64,000 nt of DNA from Flaccisagitta enflata (GCA_965153355.1 OZ231126.1:17980001-18044000), one strand, 5' to 3'. Shown: positions 31,643 through 45,770, counted from the first letter of the stretch. The notes: a model not told the origin generated them from the letters alone. Program-made: numbers and translations.

Positions 31643-32499
31643 GGGATTTACCGATTCAACTTTTAATGTGGCCGGTCTGAAGGAAGTGACTGTGTTGCTA
31701 TAAATTTTAAAGATAAAACTATCAAATTTAATATCATTAGAAAGCCTAGCGTTTAAGCTTTCCTCGGTTGTTCTTACTTTTCTAATGCTCCTAATATTTC
31801 AGGTGTAGTGACCAAAAGAAGAAACAGTTCATGATTTTATGAGCGCTCAAGCGTGAAACACGCCAAGTCTGAGAACATAACGTGTTCATGAATTTTTTAG
31901 TCGTGGACACGCAGCTCTACACCTTGCCGTGTTGGTGGGTAGGTTGGTCCGTCGGTTGGTACGTCCGTCCGTCACATTTTTGAATTCTGGGCGGTTTTTG
32001 CATTACTGCTCCTGCCCAACTGTCCGCGACTGGATTGCCGTGTATCCGGCCTTGTTTCTCTAAGACACGGAGAAAGATAAGATTGAATTAGCCAGTCACA
32101 TAATTTTCGCATTTATTTTTGCATCGAAAACTGTTATTTTTGACCAACAACGTGTTCTACTGGCATAATAGATAGTAAATTGTCACTTTCCAGGCAGATG
32201 ATACTCTGGTGGGCTCATTTGAGTCCAAACTAAAGTGATATCTTCAAAAGAAAAATGAGAAACACTCATAAAACAGCTGTAATGATCAAGACACCATGAT
32301 TTCTTTGATCTGTTACGGATACATTTTTTGTTTTCAGCTCCTGTTCTTAAATGAAATCCACTCAGGCTATCATCAGGTTTGTGTGAAAAAAATTGGCACT
32401 CTTATTTTTAAAACTTAGATGCCGAAATAAAAATAAATGTAAAAATAGCCAAAATGTAATGAAAAATGGAAAATCTTGGGAAAAAATGGTTCAGCCCTG

Positions 32500-33240
32500 A
32501 TTTGGCGCACTTCCTGATGGCGCAGCCCCACAAGATTTTAATACAAGTTAACTGGATGTGTAATCCACTTACAGTTCAAATTTCATCCACCTGCGACTAT
32601 TTTAACCTGCATTTTTACTCTTTTTTTGCTGAGATGTGTTGTAATCCAAGATTTTGGAAAAAAACATTTTGAATTTTGAGAATTATGAATACGGAAAACT
32701 AAAGGCGATTTTGCATTTTCAAAAACATGAGCCTCTAGATATTGGATTTTGCTAGAGGCTGATGTTTTTCGTTTTTGCATTTTTTCATTTTTTATGCAAA
32801 TTCATAATTCTCAATGAGATGTGTCAAAATGACAAAATTGTGATTTTTCTCTCAAGACTTGATATAGGCCTTGAATTAGCGCACTTCCTGATGGCGCCGC
32901 CCCACAAGATTTTAAGACAAGTGAACTGGATGTGTAATCCACTTACAGTTCAAATTTCATCCACCTGCAACCATTTTAACCTGCGTTTTTACTCGTTTTT
33001 TGCTGAGATGTGTTGCAATCTAAGATTTTTGAAAAAAATATTTTGAATTTTAAAAATTATTAATACAAAAAACTAAGAGCAATTTTGCATTTCCAAAGAC
33101 ATGAGCCTCTAGATACTGTATTTTGCCAGAGGCTGATGTTTTTTGTTTTTGCATTTTTTCATTTTTTATGCAAATTCATAAATTTCAATGAGATGTGTCA
33201 AAATGACAAAAATGTGATTTTTTTCTCAAGACATGATTTA
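32500..33240. repeat. Diverged tandem duplication, ~375-bp period
   Basis: gcgcacttcctgatggcgc..cacaagatttt occurs at ~32505 and ~32879, and the following sequence is repeated. Confidence 0.85.
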
Positions 33241-33577
33241 AGCTTTAAAGAGCATGTTTTCAGGCTCTGATGGGCCAGTAAGCTCAATTAAATCCAAAGT
33301 CTTGCAAAAGAGTAGTCACCGCCATTTGAAAAAAAGGTGCCTGGGCCCCAGGGGTCCTGGGGGACCCCTCATATGAGCAACAAGGATCTCACATGTTCTG
33401 TTGCCTTGCATGAGGTGTTAATGTGATAAGGAGGGTTGAGTAGGGCAGCACGCCTAAAGGGCTGATATCCTGTAGTACACAGTGGTGAATTTTCATATGT
33501 CCAGTTATAAGGGCTGAGAGGGCCTGATCATGCTTTAGAGGTCTTATTTCAGGCTACAGTGATCTAGATTAGGCAAT

Positions 33578-34370
33578 TAGTTGTAATAGCAGCCCAAAGG
33601 CAGTAAGTGGTCAGCGGTACCCGTGCCCTGCTTGAGTAGGAAGTGATGAAGGTTGAGAGGGAGCAGGGCAGCGGCCCCGAAGGGGACGAAGTCCTGTAGA
33701 ACACAGGGGGAATCTGTCCGTCCGTCCATCCGTTCGTCCGTCCGTCCTGTTTGCCTTCCTTCTGTCCAGGATGCCCTGTTATTCAAATTTTCATTGAATA
33801 TCAAGGAGAACTGACAAAAGGCAGAATATGGACAATGGTACCCTTGCCATTTTTGTATAGTTTGTAGGTTAAGTTGAGGCAAGAGCAGGCTAGGATCTGG
33901 GTCTCTGAGGCCAGAATCTGGGTCTCAGAGACCAATTTCTTGGTCAGAGGCAAGCATTTCAGTTTCTGAGGTCAGGATTTGGTCCTCTGAGGCTAGGATT
34001 TAGGTCTTTTAGGCCAGCACCTAGGTCTTGGAGGTCAGAATATGGGTCCCAAAGGTCAGGATCTGGGTTTTTGGAGCCAGAATCTTAGTTTAAGGGGCCA
34101 AGATGATAGAACTCAGGCCAGAATTCAGGTTTTCTAGCCAGATAAGGCCCATTTTACCTGGTCTTAGGCCATTTTGCTTGGATTTGGCCAATTTTGGGCG
34201 GATTTGGACCATTTTGCTTGGATTTGGGCCATACAGTTTGGATTTGGGCCCCAAAGGAGACGAAGCCAAGGGTGGGGCGGGGGGGGGGGGACGGACGGAC
34301 ATATGGATGGACGGACAGATTCCCCCTGTGTTCTACAGGACTTCGTCCCCTTCGGGGTCGCTGCCCAAAA
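33578..34370. mobile_element. Second dispersed repeat family with subterminal inverted repeats, (GTCC)n and ~21-bp internal tandem repeats (more copies at ~34400-35930 and 48204-49675)
   Basis: gggcagcggccccgaaggggacgaagtcctgtagaacacagggg / cccctgtgttctacaggacttcgtccccttcggggtcgctgccc. Confidence 0.7.
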
Positions 34371-34859
34371 GGGCTAATCTTGAGCCCTAAGGGATGATTT
34401 AAGGCTTATGAGGACTGATTTTACGCCTGTAAAGATTGACTTAAGACCAGGGAGGGCTGATTTCAGCAAGGTGAGAATTGATGCACACCTAAAAGAGCTG
34501 ATTTTAAGTCAATGAGGGATGATTTATGGCCAAAGAGAGCTGATTTTAGGCCTAAGAGGGTTGATTCAGGGTCTAAATGGAATGATTTTAGGCGTTGGAG
34601 GGTTGATTCCAGGTCTCCAGCTGGATTGAGGCCACAGGCTTTTTGAGGGTTGTCGCGGACTGACAGACAAATAGATGTATAAAGCTTCACCCCTGTGTTA
34701 TATTTGAGGCTGCTGCCCAAACAACATAGTTAAAGTATTAAGCAGACAAAGAGATAAACAATGAGTCAGCCAAGGATCACACAATGTCAGTTGTATCTAA
34801 TACCCTGCTTGGAGTGATCAGCTGAAAAAGTAGCATGAGAGTAGGGCAGCAGCCTTAAA

Positions 34860-35272
34860 CAGTCTATGGACAAAACGAGGAGAGTAGATTTTGCTGATCA
34901 CCGGCATGATGCTATGGACTGAAAGAATTAACGGAAGAACAATTACTACCTGTAGTAATCCTTCAAAATGTAGGATGTAATTACCTCATAGAAAATGACT
35001 GAGGACTGAAAGTAACTATTGCAAGAACGATTACTACAGGTAGTAATTGTTCTTCCATTAGTTTCTTTCAGTCCTAAGTAATTTTTTTCGAGGTAATTAC
35101 AAACCTATATTTTGAACGATTACTACAGGTAGTAATCGTTCTTCTGTTAATTCTTTCAGTCCTTAGTAAATTTCTATGAGGTAATTACAAACCTACATTT
35201 TAAAATCAACTACGCTTAAGCATCATAACGGTGATCAGCAAAATCTACTCTCCTCGTTTTGTCCATAGACTG
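34860..35272. mobile_element. Young palindromic MITE with ~44-bp perfect TIRs and a TAAA duplication
   Basis: taaa|cagtctatggacaaaacgaggagagtagattttgctgatcaccg ... cggtgatcagcaaaatctactctcctcgttttgtccatagactg|taaa. Confidence 0.88.
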
Positions 35273-38200
35273 TAAAGGGCCAATGTCTTTTAGGACACTG
35301 GAGGGAATTTCCATATGTCCATCAATCCTAAGAGGTCAGGCTTCAGGTTTGAGAGGGCAAATTTGAGACCTTATAGGGCTTATTTCAGGCCTGAGAGGGC
35401 TGAATACAAGCCTGGGAGGGTTGATTTAAGGCCAAAGAGTGCTGATTTTGCGCCAAAGTGCACTGATTTTGGAACTGAGAGGGTTGATTTGGGTTGCGTG
35501 GGATTGATTTCAAGCCTGAAAGAGCCAGATTTGGGCCTTGGGAGGGATATTTGGATAGACAGATGGACAGACAGACAGATGGACAGACGGAAAAACAGAT
35601 GGAAGGGAATTCACCCCTGTGTCCTCTAGGGCCCCCCCTCAAAAAAAGAAGAAAAATAGCAAAAGCGTAAAATGATCAGCGGTACCTGTGCCCTGCCCAA
35701 GTAGGTTGTGATTAAAGTTAGGGAAGGAAGAAGGGCAGCACCCTCAGAGGGGCCAATGACCTATGCTTTCACATATCAGGAAGTTTCACCTTCTAGCAGT
35801 TGGGATTTGTGCCTTTTTGTTTTGGGGCTGAATTCTGTTCTTGAGGCTGAAATTTAGTCGTTAAGGCTGAGATTGGGGCTTTGAGGTTGGGATTTGGGCC
35901 TTGAGACTGGGATTTGGGCTTTGAACTAATTTTTTGTCCCATATTGGCTAGAACAGAATTCTGCTTATAACAGATAAAATTTGTTGGTCCCTTCAAATCC
36001 ATTGGAGGGGGAGTCAACTGAATGCGGCAAGGTTTATGTCTCAGTCTATTGCTCCATCCGTCTACTGATGGCACCTTGATTTTTTAGTTGCGGACACACA
36101 ACTCTATAAGAGGCTTTGTCCGTCTGTCCATCTGACAGTCCGTCCGTCCGTTGGTCCGTCCGGGGTCATCAAGTTGAAAAAGTGCAAATTTTTGATGCTG
36201 CAGTTGTTATTGTGTGTTTGTGTTGGAGAGGGGTTGGGAGTTGGGGTGAGGCTGGGGGTCGGATGCCCCTGCCCACCTGTCCGCAACAATATTTTGACCC
36301 CGCGTCACTTGCTTTTTTAGGTGCGACAAAGCACCTTCATAACTGGCTGTGTCCGTCGGTCTGTCGGTCGGGTAACACATTCGTTCGACGATCCACACGT
36401 CACGCCTTATTGGCCTACTTGGCCTTGTTCATTCATGAATGTTTTTTTGTCTCTTGCTAAGCGACTGATCAGAGGGTATGTTCATTGGTCGAAAGCGACT
36501 CTAAGAGAGCCTATTTCATTGAGAGGGAGTGTTGATTGGTTGGAGGGATGCATCACTTTTCCTTCCCACCCACAAAACAGCCCCCTACCACCCACAAAAC
36601 TGTCCCTGCCCATTGCTTCTGCCCATTTGAAGCGATTCCGTATCGGTCATGTTTCCGTCCTTGTTTTTGTCCTGTGCAGATGTCCAACGTGTGCATATGT
36701 TCAATCCACGCCCCTGCCCTTCCATGAATAAGACTGATGTGTCAGTCGGTTGGTCGCTCGGCTTTCTATTTGCCTCAGAATTAAGGATTGCTATTGATGG
36801 GAAAAGCAGATAAAAGAACAGTTATCATTAATGACTAAATTAAATGAATGAATGAATGAATGAATGAATATGCGAACAAAGTATAGATGATCGAAGTTAT
36901 AGACAACTGCTCAATGTGTAATTGCAAGCTAAGATCCCGATTATAACATTCAAATTATGACATGATGAGAAAATGAGCAAAAAATGGTTTTTTATTGCTT
37001 TTATTAACTTATAATAAAGCAATTCAATATAAAACTTGATAAAAAATAGATATTTTATACAAATTATATATATTGGCAATATTTTGAAGTATTTTCTAAT
37101 TGAATATACTTGAAGAATATAGAAAAATCTTATCATATTATGAAAATCATTATTAAATATTAAATTGTTAATATTTAACTAACTAAAATAGATTTTGCAT
37201 CAATTTTTTTTGTTTTATAACTGGAAAATGATATACTATGCTACCATAAAGAAAAAAAATGTTTTATGACCCTTAAATTTTTTAACCTTGGTGACTACCA
37301 AATTTCACGCGATCTTGCACCGTGTCCTAAATGGCGGAAATTGTCGTGACTTTTTTTACCCAAACTTTGAAAGCTCATATCTCTTGAGTGGATTAATGGA
37401 TTGACTTGATTTTTTGTATGGTAACATAATCTGACCTTGTTCACTAATGTGTGAAGATTCAAGAAATTTCAGATATTGCAACCAGCCAAACCACCCTACC
37501 TATCCAAAAATTTCAAATCAGCGTAGTGAAAAAAGTATTCTATGAAATTTTCCGAAATTTTGCATGAATATCCATCCAACCCCTGGACGAATCCTGGGTG
37601 AGTTGTATGCCGATCACATGATTACTTTGGCCGTAATCACATGATTACTTTGGCCGTAATCACATGAAACATTTTTTTCATTAGAGAGCTTTTCAGTACT
37701 AGTCTACAGATTCCAAAGCAAAGCTCCTCACCTGGAATATTAATGTAGGAAAGTATGATGAAAATTTTTTTTTCTCCAAAACCACAATTATTAGCATCAA
37801 TCGATGTAGAATAACAAGGGCTTTCAATTGATACCCCATAATGCATAATTTAACTCATTTGCAAGCATATTCCACGCTTTATTGCCTTCGGCGCCGTTCT
37901 TGCGAGTCTGTCATTTGTTTGAATGTAACTTTTTAACCAATTGAAATCCGTTTGGCGATAATAATTTGATTTGGAACATACTGGGTATGAACATGTCACA
38001 TCACCCACCTAATACGCCACCACAGACTCACTTAGGCCGTTAATCACCACTATAGTCATTAGTCAAGGATAATGATCCTTTACTCATCCTCAAAACGGTG
38101 AAATGATGGTTATTTTTAAAAATAATGTAGCAACATGGCAACATCAAAGGGTGTGGGAAGGGGCAAACGGTGGGTCATTGTCTTATCGGTGGCTGTCAGT

Positions 38201-38671
38201 GTCTGTTTGTCTCTCTGTCTGTCTCTCTGTCTGTCTCTCTCTGTCTGTCTGTCTCTCTCTGTCTGTCTGTCTCTCTGTCTGTCAGTCTCTCTCTGTCTGT
38301 CTCTCTCTGTTTGTCTGTCTCTCTCTGTCTGTCTGTCTCTCTCTGTCTGTTTGTCTGTCTCTCTCTGTCTGTTTGTCTGTCTCTCTCTGTCTGTCTCTGT
38401 CTGTCTGTCTCTGTCTGTCTGTCTGTCTCTGTCTGTCTGTCCGTCTGTCTGTCTGTCTCTCTCTCTCTCTGATCAATGGAACAAGTGACATGGGGTCACA
38501 ATATTGTTGCGGATGGGTGGGCAGGGATGTACAACCCCCATTCACACCCTTTCCCACCCCAAACACAAACAATCACACAGCAGCCTCTAAAATGCAGATT
38601 TTTACAATTTTCAACTCAATTACCACGGACTAATGGACCAACAGACTGACAGACAGACATAGCCTCTTATA

Positions 38672-39631
38672 ACCTTGGGGAAATAAAAAATGGCAGATTT
38701 TTAAATCCTTTCTTCTGAACCTCAACGTAGGAAAAATAGGTTGAAATTGGTGATGCCTGGAAAGCTCTTCGAAAGATCTTTCATTTGAGTTGTGTCTGGA
38801 AATTCTAGCTCAAATGGTTTGGAAACTACAGTGATTTGAATAAGACTACTCATTTTCTGGTCTGCCCGTATCTCAATGGAAGAGAATTTGAAAAAAATTC
38901 AAAGTCATGATAAAGATAGAAGACTTTATCCTATTGCCACAAAATTTTAGGTGGTAATTAGGTTATATGTCATCTCATACCAGTTAAATTTTTGTGTTAA
39001 TCGGATGATTTTTACTATGGTTTTCATACTTTTTTATTCCAGATCTTAGAAAAACGGACCAAATTAACATCATTTGCTTCAGTTGCGTATATTTCTCTAT
39101 TGTCTCAACAAAACATTTTCTTTTATGATCCAGCCTAAAGATCTTTCCCAGAGCTTTAAAACCATCATGAATTTGATGTGATTTTTATCAAATTTTCATA
39201 GTCAAAATGATTTAAAAAGAAACAGGTTGTTATCTCATTACCTTGGGTTTTTCTTGAAAATTTCCAAATCTTTCTCATGATAAAAAGGATAGAAAAAATT
39301 GTCCGATTTGGATAATTTTTTAGGAACTGTTAAATAAAGGTATGTATTTCTTTCAGTTCAAATTTCATCTAAATCAGAGTAGCTTTACTATGGTTTTTGG
39401 ATATTCTTTTTTGAGCAATCGCTCTTCGCATGAGGTCAGTGCAGAAAAGGGGTAGTCTTATTTAAATAGCTCTAACTTTTAAACGGTTTGAGCCAGAGTT
39501 TCCAGACACGACTCAAATGAAAGATCTTTCGAAGAGCTTTCTAAACATCACCGATTTTTGTTAGTTTTTTCTAAATTTAAGGTAGATAGAATTAGTTTTC
39601 AAAATTCCGCCATTTTTTATTTCCCCAAGGT
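38672..39631. mobile_element. TIR element with TA TSD inserted in a HINE-like host
   Basis: ta|accttggggaaataaaaaatggc ... gccattttttatttccccaaggt|ta, with long imperfect arms. Confidence 0.88.
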
Positions 39632-40833
39632 TAGAGTTGCGTGTTCGCAACTAAGAACAGATGGACGACTGACAAACAGACGGGCATAGCCTTTACAGAG
39701 TCCGCGACATAAAATTTAAACTGGGCAAAAGAGGGAAAGAAATTGTCTATGCAAAATGATGTAATTTTTTATAGAGGCTTCGACTTTGTGTGGTTGAAGC
39801 CTTACTCAGGATGAAAGAAAAAAAAATCTGAAACCAGATTTGGAATCAGCACTATCAAAACTATCTTCCCTGTTGAGTAAAACCGCGAATGGGCCTTTTT
39901 GCTAGCGTAAAAGCGTTTTTTGTTTTTGTTTTTTGTTGAACTCCTTGGAAAATGGGTTGTTTTTCATCGCTAAAAGGAGGCATTCTTACTACTGAAACAC
40001 TTCCTAAGTTATACCAGATGATAAAAATTATCAATTAATTGTTTTTAAAACTATTCTGATACTCAATTAGCTTGTTTAAAAAATCAGTCAACTTTTTTTC
40101 TCTCTGGTTCTTCCAACAAACCGAGCCACAGACGTTCCTAATTAATGACAAATCTATCCTTTGATGTCATCTTGTTAACAGCATCGCGTTTTTACTCCTT
40201 GGACTGAGCGTCTTCGTCTTCAAAAACAAATAAAGTAATTCCAACTTGACAAATTCTGTTCACTAGCAAAGCTTTCAGGCGATGGAACTTAGTAGAGTAT
40301 GTTTTAAGGATCTTTTTCCAGCGGCAGTTCTTTTCATGAATGCTTTTGCCAAAGTAGATCATTCAATCATCAAAATTTTCCTCGTTTTTCTATGTATCAA
40401 TGAAAATACTAAAGTAAATGAAGAAAAAATTCATGAGAAAAAAAATTTAGAAAATTTTCTTCAAGATGGCGCCAAGCAGAAATTTCTAACTTGATTCGTT
40501 TAGAAGTTATGATTAAATGAAAATGAAAGGTACAGTTCAAAGTAACATGTGAAAACACTCTTTCTGGCAGTAAGCAAAATTGACCTTTTTTCTTCATATC
40601 ATTGTAATTTCTAAAGTTTTAGAGCTAAAACATTCTTAGACCACTCAAATGGTAGATTTTTTGAAGCTCTTTAAAACGCTCATTGAATTTTCTTAGTTTC
40701 ACTTCTTATGAATGAACCAAGAGGCGTGAAAAAGATGTGCCATTTTTTTTTGGGGGGGGGGCATGGTTATCTGTCTATCTATATGGTTAAATATTTCTTG
40801 CCGTTCGTGTGTCTGTTTGTCTGACTGTCTTTT

Positions 40834-40894
<61 letters not shown>

Positions 40895-40959
40895 AAAATT
40901 GTAGTCATGTACAGCTCATCAACTTGTGATGGATGCACATATTGAGCAATCAAATCAAT

Positions 40960-41022
<63 letters not shown>

Positions 41023-41023
41023 A

Positions 41024-41086
<63 letters not shown>

Positions 41087-41105
41087 ACGAAATAACAAAC
41101 AAAAG

Positions 41106-41483
41106 GTAATCACTCCGCCGACAACAATAACGACACTACGACTTCGGACGTCATCTTCCGCGAGACGATCGTCGAGATCCTCGTCCACATCCCACGCAGC
41201 GCGGGACGCACCCTCCTCCTCCTTTGCTTCCTTACCCCGCACGTCATCCTGCTGACCATCAACGCCACGCGTGCCCTGCTGTCGTGTACGTGGCGTTTGC
41301 CTCGCTGGCGTACCGTCGTCGTCTACGCGGCGTCTGACGCGTCGGCGTGCGTCGGCGTTGGCATTCTGGGCTTCGTGGTGGCGCCGCGTTTGGATTGCGT
41401 TTGCAGAATTTTCCTGGGTTTCGTCGGCGGTGTCGCTGCGCCGACGATTCTCGACACCATCACGACCCTCCTCGGGAGAAGAG
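41106..41483 (+). CDS. Chs: Chitin synthase-like gene exon 4
   Basis: aaaag|gt-NHSADNNND..TLLLLCFLTPHVILLTINATRALLSCTWRLPRWRTVVVYAASDASACVGVGILGFVVAPRLDCVCRIFLG..LLGRR-g|gtacgg. Matches, from recall, the CHS 'VGMALLMFVVLPQIDA' TM region. Phase 1 in, phase 1 out. Confidence 0.82.
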
Positions 41484-41620
41484 GTACGGTGGAACCAGAT
41501 CCGCCGGTAGTGGTCATCCGCAGATGCAAATCTCTATTGGGTCTTCTACATTGTAATTTGCATATTCGGTGATTGCTGTCCTCTGTGTGTATGTGTGTGT
41601 GCGTGTGCGTGTGCGTGTGT

Positions 41621-41706
<86 letters not shown>

Positions 41707-41987
41707 AAAAGAAAAACTATGACGACACAAAAATCTTTGTCGCATGATTATGCCGCTATTTCCTCCTGAAAGGTCCACCCTTCAATTTTGTATGTGCACA
41801 AAAAGCGTAAAAGCGAAGTAAAAAAGCAAAAACAAGTACCAGATTTAACGCATAAAGCTAAAGTCGCATATGCAATGATCAAATCAAGTTGAATACAGAA
41901 GAAAGGATGGAACAAAGACGCAATAAGTGGGCAAAGAAATGGATTCATAAGAAAGCAACTCGACTTGCTCACGCATAGTTTTACCAG

Positions 41988-42076
<89 letters not shown>

Positions 42077-42148
42077 GTCAAACTAATCCCTGTTACTTTA
42101 AACGAAAGGTTATTTTTGTCTTGTAAACAACATAATCTTATCTTGCAG

Positions 42149-43272
42149 AGGCAGTATGGAGGAGAAAACTGGAGCTGACTGGAAAGACCGGATTGGCCTT
42201 TGCGTCTTGCCTAGCCATCGTCTTGGCGGCCTTCCACCTCACGCAGTCGTTTGCACTTTCACAAACAGTGAAGAATAACAACAGCAGCAGCAGCAGCAGC
42301 AGTAGCAGCTACAGCAACAGCAGCAATAACGCCTTTGGTTCAACGAACTTGGACGGCACATCTACAGCGACAAACCAAGAGCCTTCAGTCGCATCTGCTG
42401 CCAAGTATGTTGCAACGTCGTCCCTTTCTTCTGCCTCCTCTATCTCCTCGTCCACCGCCTCTTTCTCTTCCTCCTCTTCAACAGTCACCCTGCCAATCTT
42501 ATTCGTCATTGGCTGCTTTTTGACTTCCTTATTTTGGTGGGACAATTTCGTCACTCGCCCTCCCAAACGCAGTCGCACAGGCGAAGGCAACAGAGCCAAC
42601 GATGACGAGGATGACGACGAAGACGACGACGACGATGGTGATGATTATCGTTTCGTCAACGACTTCAACGAGGATCCTGACGAGGATTCCCACGGCGATG
42701 GTTCATCGTCGTGTCCTCCCCGCTGCGGCGTCAGTCGTTGGCGGTTGACTTGTCGGCGTCTGGTCGCCGATGGAATCGTCGCCTCTCGAATTTTGGTCAT
42801 CATCAGAGCAGCTTGGAAATCCATCTTTTTACTCATCTTTTACCGAGTCTTCGTCCATTTTGATCACGATGGCGGCTGTGGCTATGATGTCTATAGAGGT
42901 GGAGGTGGATATATTAGAGGTAGTGACGGAGGGGAAGGAGATGGTGTTGTTGGTGGTGGAGGTGGTGTCGGCGATGGTGGCGATGTAGGCGTTGGTCATC
43001 ACTCTTCCACCGTCAGCGGCACTTCTTCTCCAGTTTGGGATTCGCGTTTCGATGTCAGTTGGCGCCTGTTTTGGATGTATTTGGGCGCCGGTTACGCGGC
43101 CAAGTTTCTCGTCGTTTCCGGCGTCGCCATGAATATGAAAATCTTGGCTTACGCGGCGCCGCTTTTCGCCGCGCCCGTCGCTTGTTTGGCGGCTCTTTTC
43201 GCCGCTGCCGCGTGGATGGGAAATGATGTAGAGGGCACCCAATGGCTCAAGAGGATCCTCTTTCTCGATTCG
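42149..43272 (+). CDS. Chs: Chitin synthase-like gene exon 5
   Basis: tcttgcag|ag-AVWRRK..LPILFVIGCFLTSLFWWDNFV (CHS 'SCGWWENYV')..AAWKSIFLL..YAAKFLVVSGVAMNMKILAYAAPL..FLDS|gtaaga. Phase 1 in, phase 0 out. Confidence 0.88.
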
Positions 43273-43513
43273 GTAAGATTTAAACTTCTCGATAGTCGCG
43301 TGCACATGACTCTAAAACTCGCTTTGTCTGTCGATCTGTCGGTCTGTCCGTTCGTCGGTTGGTCGTCCAACGGTAACACTTAGTTTTTTTCAGGCGGAAG
43401 GGGGCGGTTTTTGCATAACTGCCTTGTGTCCCTGCCCAAGTTCCTAACCTATTTCATCACTACCCCTTCCCATTACGAAAACCATAATATGACCGAAGAC
43501 AAAGTTACATATA

Positions 43514-43990
43514 CACGCACTTGACTGAGTAACAACGGGTTATTTTTTTCTGAGGCTCAATGTTGCCAATTGAATGACGATATGAGGCTCAAACCGTTGC
43601 TAAACTGTTTTTTTCTCATCAATCTTCTAATATAACGGTTCATTACGATGTTTGTTCTAACATTCCTTTCGCTGCTTTCTCTGGAATGAAAGGGATCTAG
43701 AGTAGGAATAGAATATAGGAGAACAATCATTCAAAATCAGGAACAAAATATTGTTTTAACTAAAATGCAGTAGAAAAAGCCACCCCGTCTGTGAAACCGC
43801 CGCATTTTACAATTGAATGCAACGGAAATTATGGCGAATCTAAGAGAAAACTTGTTATTGGATGGACTTGAGGCTGAAATGTTGTTAAATTTTTAATTTT
43901 CTGACGATGTTGCTAGAAATGTTCTTATTTTTTTGACATTTTGAGCCTCAACGTTGTTATAAAAAAGGTTGTTACTCAGTCAAGTGCGTG
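43514..43990. mobile_element. MITE with TA TSD
   Basis: ta|cacgcacttgactgagtaacaac ... gttgttactcagtcaagtgcgtg|ta. Confidence 0.88.
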
Positions 43991-45010
43991 TATCTGATCG
44001 CTGATAAAGAAAAGTAAAAGCGTGTGAGGGGAAGAAGCCCAGGGGAATGATTTCTTGAGAGCCTTGGAAAACAACATAGAACTACAATTTCAAGAATTTC
44101 CTTTGAACTCCTATGTAGGCATAAAAGTGTCATTAACTTGCTGTCCAGGCCATAGTCCGGACAAAGCGACATGCCAGCGTAGGTGATCAGATATTTTTAT
44201 TTTTTTTTGCTACGTGTACCGCCCAAAGACACGCCACTTGGGCAGCCACCTATCCGGCCTTGTTCTGATAATGAAGATTGTTAGATCATCCATTAATATA
44301 TTTATAAGACAAGAAAGATGCCGAAAGAGGAGTTTCTCTTTCCCGATATCTCGATATCTCGATATCTCTTTTGTAAGAAGAGCATGTTGATATGACATGA
44401 TATGATATGGAGAGTGCCAGGTCATCCATCATTATCGCCCAAAAAGTTACCGCTTTTTTCCCCCTCTTGTTTATGGGAAAATCGACCCAAAAATAGTATG
44501 TTGGTTTGTTCAATATGTACAACAAACGAAAGCTCACATAAAATAAAAATGTGGGAAGGGGCAATTATGAAAAGGGCTGTCCAAGCATTTTTGTTTTCCA
44601 TCGTAATCAAGAGGCGCTCGTGAATGGCGCATAGCGCTTACATAATTCTAAATCCAACTACAAACCGAACGAGTCCTTCTCGTTTTATGTAAGCGATGAT
44701 TAATCTCATAACTTTAACGATTGCCAATAACATTCCAACCGTTGCACAATTCTTTTTTTTAACAAGTACAAACTAACGAGTACAAACTAACGAGTACAAA
44801 CTAACGAGTACAAACTGACGATAAGATTCGCCACGTAGCGAAGCAGGATGCATGTTCTTTAAAGTTTTTAAAGCAAGCGTGAACAGAGACATGAAAGCAA
44901 CACACCAGACGAACCGACAGATCGACCGATTGACCGATGAACCGAAGTAAAGTAACTTTGATTTGCCGGATACATGGGCCAAGACGGTGCGCCGGGCGTT
45001 ATTTATTCTT

Positions 45011-45227
45011 AGACCTATCCCTAGCTCCGTTAGACATATTCATAGCTCTATCAGACCTATCCCTAGCTCTATCAGACCTATCCCGAGCTCTATCAGACCT
45101 ATCTTAAGCTCTATTAGACCCAGAGATGCAGATTCCGCAAGCTGCCGCGTAGCAGAATTTTTGTCTCACGAACTTCCGCAGCTTTCTTTCTTTTTTCTTT
45201 CTTTCTTTCTTTTTTTCTTTCTTTTTT

Positions 45228-45295
<68 letters not shown>

Positions 45296-45423
45296 TTCAC
45301 AAGTTCATCTCTTCCTTCCTGTAGCAATTCCATTCTTCTTTTTCTCCTTTACCCCTTTCATAGCCTTCCTTTCCTCTCCTGCCACATCTGCCGCACTTTG
45401 GGCCTTGCCTTTCTTTCTTTTTT

Positions 45424-45495
<72 letters not shown>

Positions 45496-45770
45496 TTTTT
45501 TTTCTTTTCACAAGTTCATCTCTTCCTTCCTGTAGCAATTCCATTCTTCTTTTTCTCCTTTACCCCTTTCATAGCCTTCCTTTCCTCTCCTGCCACATCT
45601 GCCGCACTTTGGGCCTTGCCTGCCGCGTAGCATTGCTACTTTGCTACCATGAATCTGCATCTCTCATTTAGACCTATCACCAGCTCTATCAGACCTATCC
45701 CTAGCTCCATCAGACCTATCACCAGACCGATCCGACCTATCACCAGACCTATCTGACCTATTCCCAGCTC
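45011..45770. repeat. 21-bp minisatellite (agacctatccctagctctatc) interrupted by a ~210-bp tandem duplication containing (CTTT)n
   Basis: cacaagttcatctcttcc..gggccttgcct is present twice; gccgcgtagca flanks both sides. Confidence 0.8.

Noticed and set aside
37613-37666. 22-bp direct repeat, and the 14-bp x4 repeat at 44765-44817
   Set aside because: These are ordinary slippage duplications without spacers or evident function.
42193-43383. 396-aa ORF as a standalone membrane protein
   Set aside because: It is exon 5 of the CHS gene (42149-43272) plus read-through into an intronic repeat.
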